Assembly (NCBI RefSeq): GCF_009914755.1
Contig: NC_060933.1
Length of the DNA: 64,000 nt
Direction: 5' to 3' (one strand)
Origin: the human T2T-CHM13v2.0 reference genome, Homo sapiens
Below the pieces are notes generated by a model. That model did not search any database and had not been told where the DNA came from. It saw nothing but the letters and a program-made list of their open reading frames with translations. Below are positions 44,561 through 56,837 of the stretch, in pieces; position 1 is the first letter of the stretch, and every line of letters starts with the position of its first letter. The translations under genes were made by a program, and so were the position numbers.

Positions 44561-46899
44561 ACCTCTGGGACTGAAGATCCCACAATTCCTGCCCCTCCTT
44601 TATCCACAGTCTAGTGGCCACAATCTGCATTCACCGTGAGTCAGCACTGAAGGAAATGCCAAGAAGAACACTAAGCATTTCTGATGCTGGAATCTTAGAT
44701 CTATGAGTGGACCCTGCTGCACACACCACCATTGCAAGTTAGATCTTATTTCACTGGGCTTCACTTTTAATCCACATCTGTGACCTGAATGTTGATGTGA
44801 GTTATAAAAATTAGCAAAAACTGAACTAGAGCCAGTGGAAAATCCCCAGCATTTGACTTTTTGAAAGGCTAGCCATCTTTCAAGATAGGTTTATTCATTT
44901 GGAACCATGGTATTGATTGTATAAAAGAGGTGATCACGTACCAATTAATCATGTGTACATTACCTTTGCCAACTCTAGCTATGGGAACAAATTAGAGAGG
45001 TCAATACACAGATATCCCATAGACCATAGGTACTTTTGTTTTTGAGGGACAAGGTAAGTTTTCTAGTAACATCTGGAGTAGGCAAATGTAAAACTCTCAG
45101 TAATAAGAGCACTGCTTCCCCAAAATTTAAATGACTCTTCAGAAAAAATCTATATAGTTAAAACCAATAAAGTTAAATCTATATAGGGTGAGGGTCAAAA
45201 AAACCACAATACTATCAACACAATGAGGAGGTATTACAGTGTTTCAAAACGGAAAGAAAAAGTAACACTTATACTAGAAGTCCAAGATTTGGGTGCTAGC
45301 ATCACAGTTATTTTCACTGCCAGACCCTGAGCAACTTACTTGACCTTTTAAGGCTTCTATTTTTTTTTTTTCTTAAAAAAAAAAAAAGGAATAAAGATGT
45401 CTGTCTTCAGGAAATAATAAACTCAAAATTCAGTTAGGTGGGGTACATTGGAGGAACTAGAAGGAGAGAGGGAGAATGAGGAGGGGCTCATAACACACGC
45501 ACAGGAACTGCTGCCTGCTCTGTTTCATAAGCTGGGAGCAGGTACATGAGCATTTATTATACATCTGCATTTCACATATATGATATATATAGTTTCATAC
45601 ATAAAATCTTTTGTAATTTAAAAAAGAAAAAACCCTTCTAATTCCACTATTACAGAGATAAAATGAAAATATATGCTTCAGAAAAGAGTAAACTGAAAAA
45701 AATAATTTTCAATTAAAACTCACATTAACTGATTTAATAAGGAATTCCTAATGGTAATGGAATTTATGATCCAGGAAAAAGGTTCTTAGGGCAAAAGAAC
45801 CAAAGCTCTACAGTATAGTAGAGGTGGAAGGAGCGTGGATATCAATAAGAAAAAAATGCCACACCAAGCAATGCAGAAAGGGCAATGGCATGAACTTACA
45901 ATGTGCAAAAGATGACATGCAGGTCCCACCTTCCTTCAGGGCAACTGGCAAAGACTGTCTTCTCATCTCCATACCCAGTGCTGACAAACCGTGAAGGGAA
46001 ATGAGACTCATACACCGTAGTCAACTGTGTCAACTGGCAGGGATGTCTTCTTGCTGATCTTTGCTATATTCTCCAAAATTTATATAATAAATGTGTTACT
46101 TTGATAATTTGAGATGTTTTTTAAAGTCCCTCATGAGATAACAAAGGAAAAGAGAAAAAAAGTCACAGAGGGACAAAGGGTAGATGGGAAAGAAATAGGG
46201 AGGGGAGGAGGGAAGGGAGAAGTACTCTGAAGTTTGGGGGCAGACACAAGCCTGGCTCCACTGCCTGGTGGCTGAGGGACCTGACATGGGCCACCTAACT
46301 CTCTAGACTGTTTTCTCCTCATTAAAGGAGGAACAATAATGCATACGTCATGGAGTTGCTTCTAGGTTCAGCAATTGTGTCAAGCACCTTGCACAGTGTT
46401 TGCTCATTTATAAATGCATGATAAACTTTCTTTCTCTTACGCTTCTTACTTCTCACTCCCAGCGCTTTTTCAGTGATCTTGCATCAGAAACTCCCAGAGG
46501 GAGAGGGAGAAGGAGACAGAGATGGAGAGAGTAACCATGAGATGCTCTGTCCTAAGGGGCAACACGAACAGAAGGTGAAGACGAGGCCGACTTCACCTCT
46601 TCCCTGGGTGGGTGCTCTACCGGCAGCCAGGCCGCCCACTGCACCAGATTTTCAGTGTGTAAGCTAACTTTGTTTATCCTTAACTGCTTTGCAGTTGGAT
46701 CTGCTGACCTCACATCTGAAGGACAACTCTGTATCTGCTTCAGTGATCAAAAGCAGTCCACATTTTACCCTCAATGCCATGGCTGGAAAATTCCCTGTAG
46801 AAGCCAATCAAATGAAGACACTCTAATTTTTTTTCCCCTTCATTTCTGGTTAGTTTTCATTTAATGAGAACTCTTATCATTCAAGTCAAAAATGAAATT

Positions 46900-47468
46900 T
46901 ATTTAATTCAGTGGAAATACATTAAAAACAGGAAAAAGTTTTAATTTGGAGTGCTACTTCATACCGTACACCAAAAGTAATTTTAGATCAATTAGAGTTA
47001 AAAGTATGAAATCAAATCACAGAGAAATATGGGAGGAAAAACAGATGTGAACGTCTCACAACTACTAAGTTTCAAAGAGACAGGTGAAAAGAAAAAGACC
47101 AACAGATTTGGCTATGAAATTTAAAATTTGTATATGTTTTTAAAAAAGAAAATATAACAAAATATAAGGCAGACAACAAATTGGGGAGATACTTTAAAAA
47201 AACAAAAATGTCTAAAATTAATAGATTTAAGGAAAACAAAGACAAATATATGTACCAAGTATGCCAAGATAGATACTCAAGATTGTTCCCTGCAGGCATA
47301 TTTGTAAACATAAAATAGCTAGGCAACATATCTATCGATACAAGAAAAGTTAAGTAAATTACAGTACATTCATATAATAGAATGTTGTATGTATGGTGTA
47401 CATACATATGATTTGTATGTATATTGTTGAATGAAAGAAAACTCGAAGATAATGTCTAAGAAGAGGAA

Positions 47469-47515
<47 letters not shown>

Positions 47516-47620
47516 ACACCTTTTACATGCATAATAAAAGGTTCTAAGAAACTATTTGCCAGCCATTAACAGTGGTTATATTTGAGTGGTAAAGGGACAG
47601 GATAGGAAGGAAATGCCAAC
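46900..47620 (+). mobile_element. Old L1M fragments (ORF2 end and 3'UTR)
   Basis: cttcataccgtacaccaaaagtaatttt...aaggcagacaacaaattggggaga...aagtaaattacagtacattcatataatagaat. Confidence 0.7.
47472..47510. repeat. (AC)n microsatellite, ~19 units
   Basis: Read directly. Confidence 0.97.
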
Positions 47621-47729
47621 CCAGCCATTCACCCTTGACTTTTTAGGCCTCTATTATGTTTGTTTGCTTGTTTTACAACAAACAGATATAATTCCAAAGG
47701 AACTAACACCATGGCAGCCACTTCTAACT

Positions 47730-48110
47730 GCATGTCAGTATTTATTCTCCACTACGTTTTGAGTTACGGAACTCCAGTTTTTTAAACAGGATTCTTTGCT
47801 GCCCAGCTAAAACACTCTGTTTCTCAACAACCCTTGCAGCGAGGTAGCCAAGTGTCTAAGTTCTGACCAGTAAGAAGTGAACAAAATGTTATCTGTAGGT
47901 TCTGGGAAACCTCCTTAAAGCTCATGAGTGTTCTCTGTTCCTTCTTCTTCACTACTTCCTCCAGGTTGCTGCTAGGAATGAAAGCCTAATGGCTGGAGCT
48001 CCAGCAGCCATACTGGACAACTTGGGAATAAAAGATACATGTGGCAAAGCAATAGGATAATGGAACCTTGGTCCCTGGAAATACAGAGCTCCCAGACCAA
48101 CTCTGTGATA
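47730..48110 (+). mobile_element. Old MaLR LTR (MLT1I/J-like)
   Basis: cccttgcagcgaggtagcca...aagttctgacca...aatggctggagctccagcagccat. Confidence 0.7.
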
Positions 48111-48488
48111 TTTTGAGAGGTTTATGTTATTTTATAGTTAAAAATGACCACGTGTAAATATGAACACTAAATTTAGCAAGTAGGCAATGGATCAGAACTG
48201 ACGAATCGAGAGAAGAAAAGAGATATGTTAAGGTAATAAATATACAGGCAAAAGTTCAACCACACTACTAATTAAGAAAATAAACTAGCACGGTAAACTG
48301 CAGTGGTTCACCTATCAACTAAGTAAAGATGAAAGTAGTTTTATTTTGTTATTTTGTGTTGATTGTTTTGACAATTTTTTCTAATGCTCACAAAAGTATA
48401 CTGAAACAGGCCAACTAATATTGCTATGGAATATAAACTGGTATAGCTATTTTGGAAAGCAATTTAGTAATAGGTACCAAGAGTCTTT

Positions 48489-49496
48489 AAAAAAAAAAAA
48501 TCCATACATTATTCTGGATGCAAGTAAGACAGAGGGAGTACTCTCCACCCTGACTTTCCACTGAATGCAGCTATAAAAGCTGAACAGAATATATGGAGCA
48601 GTTATTTGAGGACTATGAAGAGTAAATAGTAATGGCTGAAATCATCTGTTGGGTTTTTCCCGTCTCTCCATTCTCTCACGTCCCAGCCCCCAAGCAATCG
48701 TAGCAGTGGTGATGACACTGGCATTAGCAGCTGCAGTGGGAACCCAGAAGAGCCTAAAATGTTGAGGGTAGAGAAATTTCCTTTCCAGTTAAAGGAACAG
48801 TAGTCCCAAGAGAGTGAAGGAATCTGTCCCCCGCACATACGCACATACACACACATGCAACCTTGCTTTTATTCTCTCTCTGCCCTGCTACAGTTTTGTC
48901 ACAAATACAACTGTGAAAGTACCCAGCAGAGCAGGGCAAATAAAGCCCCAGTTTTTTGGCTAAGGAATCAAAAAGGAGAGCCTCAAGAAAAGTATAAGAG
49001 AGATTACACAAAAAGAGGCACTTGGAAAAGTTACCTCATAAAGTTGATGAACTCCTGGCTTCATCCTTAAGCTGAACATGCATAGGTTTCACCTTAGAGA
49101 GCGTATGTGGTGTGTGTGTATATATATACACATGCAATCTTAAAGATATGTATGTAAAAGACCATATATCTATATATATCTTTAAGATTGTACTTGTTTC
49201 AGGGATCTCTCTGCCTTTACAGCTTTGCACCTCAGTTCAGTATTACCCAGAGAGAAAATAACCACGTGGAATGTGAACGTGTATTCAGCAGCAAAGACAG
49301 AGGCAGAGCATGAGATGAGGGGAGGAGGAGCAAGAGTGAAGGACATAAGAGATCGATAACCACGAGGAAGAGTACCAAATACAGTTGGGGTCCCATCTGC
49401 AAAATGGCAGAAAAGAGCCACCCATATACAGGTAACCTTACAGTTTAAGGCCAAACTGCTTGGCAATTTTAAAATGCTTCATTTCATAATGTTTTA

Positions 49497-49538
<42 letters not shown>

Positions 49539-49630
49539 TTAGTCCACTTGGAACCTGTATAGTGGTTCAAATGGTGACCTATGGTTTTGTAATAAAGCTT
49601 GTCCAAATCACGAAAAAAAAAAATCCATAC
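48489..49630 (+). mobile_element. TSD-flanked ~1.1-kb chimeric retrotransposed insertion (L1M 5'-end-like piece plus non-L1 sequence with AATAAA and A-tail)
   Basis: A12-tccatac at 48489-48507 and A11-tccatac at 49613-49630; TT/AAAA endonuclease site at 48487-48492; AATAAA at 49591-49596. Confidence 0.75.
49498..49535. repeat. (AC)19 microsatellite
   Basis: Read directly. Confidence 0.97.
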
Positions 49631-49992
49631 TCTTTGACCCAATCATTCTTCCGAGACTCTATCTTTAGGAAATACTCCTAAGCAAAAGATATTTATGCCA
49701 TCAATATGTGTATCAGTGGTAAACAAAATTTCCAACAACAAGAAAATGGTATGAGAAATTATAGTGCATGCCCTGAATGGAATATTATACAGTTTTTAAA
49801 ATCCAAATTTTCTGAATACTATATAATAACATTATCATATAATATCATAAAAATTCGTAAGCTATAGTGGGAAACAGGGTGAGGCTAGTTTTCATTGCAT
49901 ATCAAGAATGAACACAACAAAGCTAAAAACGAAAACATTTACCTAGAAAAAAAGACTAGAAGGAGGTATAAAAATGCTGATGGTGTTTAAAG

Positions 49993-50122
49993 CCCATTTA
50001 TGCCTAGTGTTCCATTATTGGAACACTAAGCATGTGGGAGTTATTTATATCCTACTGCTCAAGGTCATTGCCAAGGTCTGATCGCAAAAAATTCAAAAAC
50101 TGCAACCTCAGGTATACATTGG
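49993..50122 (+). mobile_element. MER85 (PGBD3-derived piggyBac MITE)
   Basis: cccatttatgcctagtgttccattattggaacactaagcatgtgggagttatttatatcctactgctcaaggtca...gcaacctcagg; degenerate TTAA flanks. Confidence 0.93.
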
Positions 50123-52829
50123 TTAGGTGGTGAGATTATAGATAACTTTTTTCTTCTTTCTGCTTTTCTGTTTTTCAGGCTGGGATAATGAGCACATATT
50201 ACTCTGAAAACAATAATTAACCATCCCCTACAAAATAATAATTTTTCTTCTATCTTGCAAACATCCTTGACATTATCTCTTAGGATACTAAGTCATGTTA
50301 TAGATTTTCCAATCACAATTTTTCTCTCAGGAATGGAAAAAAAAAATGTTTCTTGAATGCAGGAATCTCAATTACTCGTTTCCAGTCCTCCAGTCAACCA
50401 CTACGGAGAGGAAAAACATTCCTACAGCTGATAGTTAATAAATAATGTGAAATTACTCAGAACTTTCATATCAGACCATTCCTCCTTATTAGGGAAAAAA
50501 TTAATATGACACATTTGCAAGAACACCATTCCAAAGTAGTTTGGTCTCTGTGGACAATTACAGAATGTCAAGCTGTCACACAGAACGCCACTAGTAACTA
50601 AACTGTTCTTTTGATTCATCATAACTTAAAGGTCCCCAACCTCCCAAACTGTCAAGAAGGCCCCTTCCTTTCCATCTGTTCTACAGCCCCATGCTTAACA
50701 TGAAAGGCCAACAGCAGAACCCCTCTGGACCTGTCAGCTCGGTTCATCAACCGCTCAGATAAGCCAACCCCACTCTGTGGCCACGGCCCGTCCTTCATCC
50801 GACACCTGCATCACGGGGGTGGCGGGCAGGGCTTTGGCAGCATGCTGGGGTGTCATGCCATTCATGGTAGGATTTCCGTGGGCAAAAGAGACCATTTCTA
50901 AACCACAGACAACTGGCTGTGACCAATTTTCAGGATAAAAAATGCACCCTGGGTTTTGCCCTTTAAGCACAGGTATAACTGCTTAGTAAATGAGAGATGT
51001 CCTGTTAAAAGCAAATAGCACCAAAGGGGAACACAAAGTCAACTATGGAACTTGGGCAATTTGGAGTCTTCTTCAATCTTCCTGAAATGTGATTAAGCAT
51101 GACCTTTAAGAGTAGTGGAGCAACCAATCAGTTTTGGTGAAACAACCTTGCACAAGACGAAAGAGCACACGGCCTGGATGGAGGAGCCCACCATGGCAGC
51201 AGAGCCTAACCACCTCATTGTGCAGGAAAAGTTACTGAGGTTTATCTCCATTGATTTTACTTGCAAGAAAAACACATCAGAAAACTTCAACCTCAGCAGG
51301 ACACTAAAGGTCGGTCTTGGCTTCTGGAGGGATGAACTTGATATCAATAGTTATTAGGACACATTCATACAAGATACACAAGAGTGATGGAGAGAAGATA
51401 CTGGTAATCTTACTTAATCCTGGTGTGGCCCTAAATCAGGCTCTGCAGACTGTGGGAAAAATCAAGCAAAAACTTCAGTATTCCTGAGATGAGCTTCTGC
51501 AGGCATGTGCTCACACTGGAGCCAGAGGGAGAGCAGCGGTAAAGTGGTCATTCTAGAGCCCAGTGGGGAGGAGGCAACAGACTGGGAGCAGGAAGACGGC
51601 CAGCACGGTTGCCACACTCTCCTCTCAGCTCTAAGGGACAGGCTGGCAAGGTCTGGTGAATGTCCAGCAGAATACGGTCAGCCCAGCCGGGAAACCAGCA
51701 CAGAGCATCATAGAGAACTTGGGCCTGGACAGGACCTTCCAACCAGAAAGGGCTGAGAACAAAACAAAGCAATGTGAGCACTCCGAAGCTGCACACTTAA
51801 TCTCTGGCCCACCAACTGTCTGCGAGACTGGCTCCCAGAAGCCCACATCACCCTAACCACACATTCAGCTCTCAGAAATAGGAGGAAACTGAAAAGACTG
51901 CCAAAGAGAAATGGGGGAAATCCAAAGAAACCCAAAAAAGGTAAAATTTCTTCTAAAGAATCCAGAATTGGAATGTCTGTATGTTTTACACTATTTTAAG
52001 TTAAACTATTTTTTTTTTCCTCAAACCTAACACTACAAAGAGTCCTTGAGTTCAAGGCCAAGAAATTGGAGAAATATAACATGGGATGGGCCTGATCATA
52101 CTTATTACCAACTCAACAAATATCAGGGCGTTGCTCATGATGTAATCCGAACAATCCGTCACCAAAAATCAGGAAATAAGGGTTCCGGCCACAGCTGGGT
52201 GGGTGTGGTCAAGTGTCCCAGGAGAAGGGACAGTAAGCAGGCCTTTAAGGATGGGAAGGATCAGGGAAGAATTGAGGAGAAAAGTTTGTTTCAGAAAAGA
52301 GGCACCATGTGAACAAAAGGGAAATCTGAAAAGTACCAGCTATGTTCCAAGGACAGAAAATGGAACAGTCTGACTACAGAAGGCAACGTGCAGGGCCTCA
52401 GATGGGAGATGAGGGGCGGTCCAGGTGCCGGGCTAAGGAGGACGCTTGTCCACGGGATCACCACTGAAGATGCTGACACAGCCCGTGGGAAGACAGCCCA
52501 CTGCATGTGGCAATTAACAACCTGATTTTGGCTGAAGGTGTCCAATGAAGACAGTCGCTCTGTAAAAGACAGGGTCCAGGCCTGATTATGTTCACAGGGA
52601 AAAGAAGAGTAGGAAATCAATATAAGTTATAGATATCAAGAGCCCCTTTTGTGACAGCAAGAAATACTAACAGCTTCAACTGCAGCAGAGTGCCTTCCAA
52701 AGACTCCAAGGCTGGACTTGCAGTTTCCTCTGCTGGAAGGCGCTCTCCAGACACCACATGCAGGCCTCTGCTCAGACTCTGCTCTCCACACAGGCCTGCC
52801 CCCAACCCCATCAAAGGGACTCACCCCAG

Positions 52830-53015
52830 TCTTTCTGTAGCCCTTATCCTGCATGATTTATCACTACCTGCCATTGCTTTTATAGTTTTGTCTCCCCCGG
52901 CAGAATGTAAGCTCCATGAGGGAGGGTGAGGGCTGTGAGACCTTGACTTTTTCATTACTACATTGTCAACATCTCGGCATATGAATGGCACTCAATAACT
53001 ACTGGATGACTGAAA
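52830..53015 (+). mobile_element. L2 3' end
   Basis: tgtctccccc...agaatgtaagctccatgagg...ggcactcaataa. Confidence 0.65.
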
Positions 53016-53664
53016 AGACTCAATGATGGCCTTATTCATGTTTCTCCAATCATCACTTGTCCAGGAAACCCTAGGCTCAACACATGCATCTATACAACTG
53101 CACATTCACCCACACACACTGCAGCGAATGTTCTAATGGATCCATCCTTTTTCAAATGAAGTGTCAAGACACAGCAGTTTTTGTAATCAATTATGAGATG
53201 TGTCCCAAATAACATGTTCCCGATAACAGTTAAAGTACATGAGATTATCAATTATTTACTGATAAATTAGATCAGATTCAAGGTTATCCCTAATAACATT
53301 TCGGCCACTCATTTGCATTCCAGTAAGCTTTCCTGAGTGGGAAAGAAAGGGGTAGAATTACAGCTAGCTAGTACATGGATTTCTGAAAGGATTAACCCAA
53401 ATGCCAAATGTACTTTGTTCTGAAGTCTAACTACGTTGGGGAAAAAAGAGGGCTTGTCTTGGCCACAGAGTCCAAGGCTCCCTGTCTCAGAGGCTCTACG
53501 TTCTTTCTCACCCCATCACTAGAGCTGATGCTTTTCAAAGCCCTATCCCATCCCCTGCCCCTCCTTAGCTAGACATAAAGACTGTGGAAATATGCACAGT
53601 GAAGGAAAAAAGGGTTAGGTCAAGCACTCAACTACATGGCCCAAGGTTCCTTCCAGCCTCCAGA

Positions 53665-53872
53665 TCTGTGTTGTCCAACATAGTGGCCACTGGCTACAGG
53701 AGGCTATTTAAGTTTAATTAAAATTAAGTAAAATAAAAAACTTATTTCCTCAGTAACACTAGCCACATTTCAAGAGCTCAACAGTTACATGTGGCTAGTG
53801 GCTACCACGTGGGATAATGTGGATACAGAACATTTCCATCATCACATAAAGTTCTATTGGCGAGCACTGCTC
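53665..53872. mobile_element. MER3 hAT-Charlie element
   Basis: gtgttgtccaacatagtggccact...cactagccacatttcaag...atgtggctagtggctacc...aaagttctattgg. Confidence 0.88.
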
Positions 53873-54644
53873 TGATCCCAGAAAATATGTCACATATCAC
53901 ATTAAAACCAGAAGAATCCCGATGGACGAGACTGAGGTGCCAAAACAGGTCCCTTTCCTTGCCATTTTAACTACGATGAGAAAGTTTAGCTTATAATAGT
54001 TGATCAAAAGATGAATAAAACAAAACAACTGTGTTCCAGGAAAAAGGGCAACAGGAGAAAATAACATGGCTCCATTCAATCCGTGACTTGCCTCATCCAG
54101 CCCAAGCATGAGATTTCGCGAGACAGGGGTGGGCAGCGGCATAGCTCTGACAATCAGAGATGGATGGCAACACAGAGAGGGAACACCAAGGGGGAAAACG
54201 GCACCAGCAGGCCCTGGGTCTCCTGGCTCTGACAAGGTCGCCTCAAGACAACTTCATTCTTGTACATTTCCTTTAAGAGGGGTCAGTTATTCGTCTACAA
54301 ATTTCTGCTTCAGAAGCAAAATCAAAACACTGTGGACAAAAGCAGACATTTAATCTGCAAACAGTCCCTATTTTGAGGTTGAATAATGAAGGTTAAATCC
54401 ACGCAGTAGTGATCTATTAGTTATACAATATATAGGTTTTTGAAGTATGTAACAGCTATCAGGATAAAGCCTAATAACTCTTTGTAGAGGTCACATTTCA
54501 AAGCTAAGATTTAAATACATACACAGGGAAAAAAAATCTCTCTGCAGCAAAGCCCAGCCAAACACAGGTGCAGTGAGAGTTTCCACACCACATTCCAAGT
54601 CAGCTGAAATTACCTGTCTATTCCATTCTCTCTCTTTTAAAAAA

Positions 54645-54970
54645 AAATAGTGGTTTCAGCGTAACCATCACCTGAATAGTATACATCGTCGCTGTTAGGC
54701 AATTTCTCATCCTTCCCACCCCTCCCACCCTCCCACCTTTCTCCGTCCTCAATGTCTATTATTCCACTCTCTGTGTCCATGTGCACACATTATTTAGCTC
54801 CCACTTAACAAGTGAGAGCATGCAGTACTTGACCTTCCATTTCTGAGTTACTTCACTTAATAACCTCCAGTTCTATCCATGCTGTTGTAAAAAACATAAT
54901 TTCATTTTTCGTGGCTTAGCAGTATTCCATGGCATGCACACATCACACCTTCTTTATCCAATCGTCTGTT
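54645..54970 (-). mobile_element. L1PB/L1MA-type 3'UTR fragment
   Basis: tttagctcccacttaacaagtgagagcatgcagt...tccagttctatccatg...tttatccaatc. Confidence 0.85.
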
Positions 54971-55030
54971 AATCCACCTTCCATTCTTTATGAGTGTGCT
55001 CTTTAAGGTTCCCACGAAAGGGCTGCTCAG

Positions 55031-55334
<304 letters not shown>

Positions 55335-55534
55335 GAAAGGGCTGCTCAGACACCTGTGAGTTAGGCTGGCTGCTGAGAAAACATGATAAGGGAAAAAATA
55401 ATGGGGTACGGAGGTGCTAATTTTGTTAGGATGAGCACCAAAGATCTCAATATAGTACACCAGGGAGAAAGAGATTTGGGTACCTAGCAGAAATGCTTAC
55501 CTCTTGTAACAAAAAAAAAAGGAAAAGGAAAGTC

Positions 55535-55760
55535 TATTGAGAGGCTTACTATGTCCCAAACTCTGCAGTGAATAACTTATAGACATTACTGCATCCTCAC
55601 AATAACCCTACAGGGTGGACACTATCCCGTTTCACAAGAGAAAATTGAGGCACGGAGACATGAAACAACATGCCTGGAGTCACACCGCTGGGAAACAGCA
55701 GAAGCAGGCTGTGGAACCAGGCTGCCTGCGTCCAGACCCAGCTTGGTAACTCTGGGCCAC
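55535..55760 (-). mobile_element. MIR
   Basis: tattgagaggcttactatgt...atcctcacaataacccta...gaaaattgaggcacgg. Confidence 0.75.
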
Positions 55761-56151
55761 ACTCCCCATCTTCCTGCTCTGCTTCTCCTACTTCTCTCCA
55801 AGTTTTCAGACAAAACAGTCGAGCCTCTTCACCAAATACAGAGTTCCCCAAAGCGTGGAGTGTACCCCTGGTGAGTACCAGGTGATTCCTGGGTAGATCT
55901 CAGGGGAACACTGTTTCTCATTTTAGTGTTTATATATTTATTGTAACATGTATTGGGAAAAAATATATATAAATTATATATAATATGCAAATTATAAACA
56001 AAATTAACAGATTAGATAAGTGACAAAATTTCCTTCTTAAAACAAATGTATTCAGAAAAAAAAAATCTGCTTAAAAAGATATCAAGTAATCAAAACTAAA
56101 GATAATATGGGAGTGTGGCAACAACAACAAAAACTCAAGAAGGTAGCATGC

Positions 56152-56837
56152 TGATATAGTTTGGATATTTGTTCCTGCCCAAATCTCATGTTGAAAATGT
56201 GATCCCCAGTGCTAGAGGCGGGGCCTGAAGGGAGGTGTTTGGGTGAGCGGGGCGGATCCCTCATGGCTTGGTGCTGTCCTGGCCATATTGACGTCTCCTT
56301 TAAAAGTGTGCGGCACCGCCCCGCTCCTCTCAGTGCTCCTGCTCTGACCATGTGAGGTACCTGCTCCCACTTTGCTTTCCGCCATAAGTAAGAGCTCCCT
56401 GAGGCCTCCCCAGAAGCCCAGAAGCTCAGCAGATGTCCCGCCACGCTTGTGCAGCCTGCAGAACGGTGAACCAATTAAACCTCTTTTCTTTTATTTGAGA
56501 CAGAGTCTCACTCTATTACCCAGGCTGGAGTGCAGTGGCCGGATTTCTGCACACTGCAATTTCCACTTCCTGGGCTCAAGCCATCCTCCCGCCTCCCAAG
56601 CAGCTGGGACTACAGGGGCACGACCACACCCAGCTAACTTTTTTTGTATTGTTTGTAGAGATGGAGTTTTGCCATGTTGCCAGGTCTCAAACTCCTGGGA
56701 TCTAGAGATCCACTCGCCTCGGCCTCCCAAAGTGCTAAGATTACAGGCATGAGCCATCACGCCCCACTACCTCTTTTCTTTATAAATTCCCCAGCCTTGG
56801 GTATTTCTTCATTGCAACCCAAGAACAGCCTAACACA
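56152..56837 (+). mobile_element. MST-family (MSTB/MSTA-like) solo LTR interrupted by an AluJ
   Basis: tgatatagtttggatatttgtt...aaatctcatgttg...gcagcctgcagaacggtgaaccaattaaacctcttttc, resuming after the Alu with tttataaattccccagcc...cctaacaca. Confidence 0.9.
56490..56766 (-). mobile_element. AluJ inside the MST LTR, TSD acctcttttcttt
   Basis: Antisense Alu; acctcttttcttt on both sides. Confidence 0.9.

Larger units (their letters stand above)
48200..50210 (+). mobile_element. Old L1M ORF2 end and 3'UTR, interrupted by the 48508-49612 insert and by MER85
   Basis: tttggaaagcaatttagtaa...tccatac is continued after the insert by tctttgacccaatc...ggaatattatacag, colinear with L1 catacc-tttgaccca. 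Confidence 0.75.

Noticed and set aside
44964-44978. 15-nt minus-strand microexon (cccatag|CTAGAGTTGGCAAAG|gtaatg)
   Set aside because: Short pyrimidine tract, competing AGs just inside, and a moderate donor.
49255-49283. Translation KITTWNVN resembling an AP-endonuclease N-terminal motif
   Set aside because: The frame closes after about 30 codons and no further endonuclease motifs follow.
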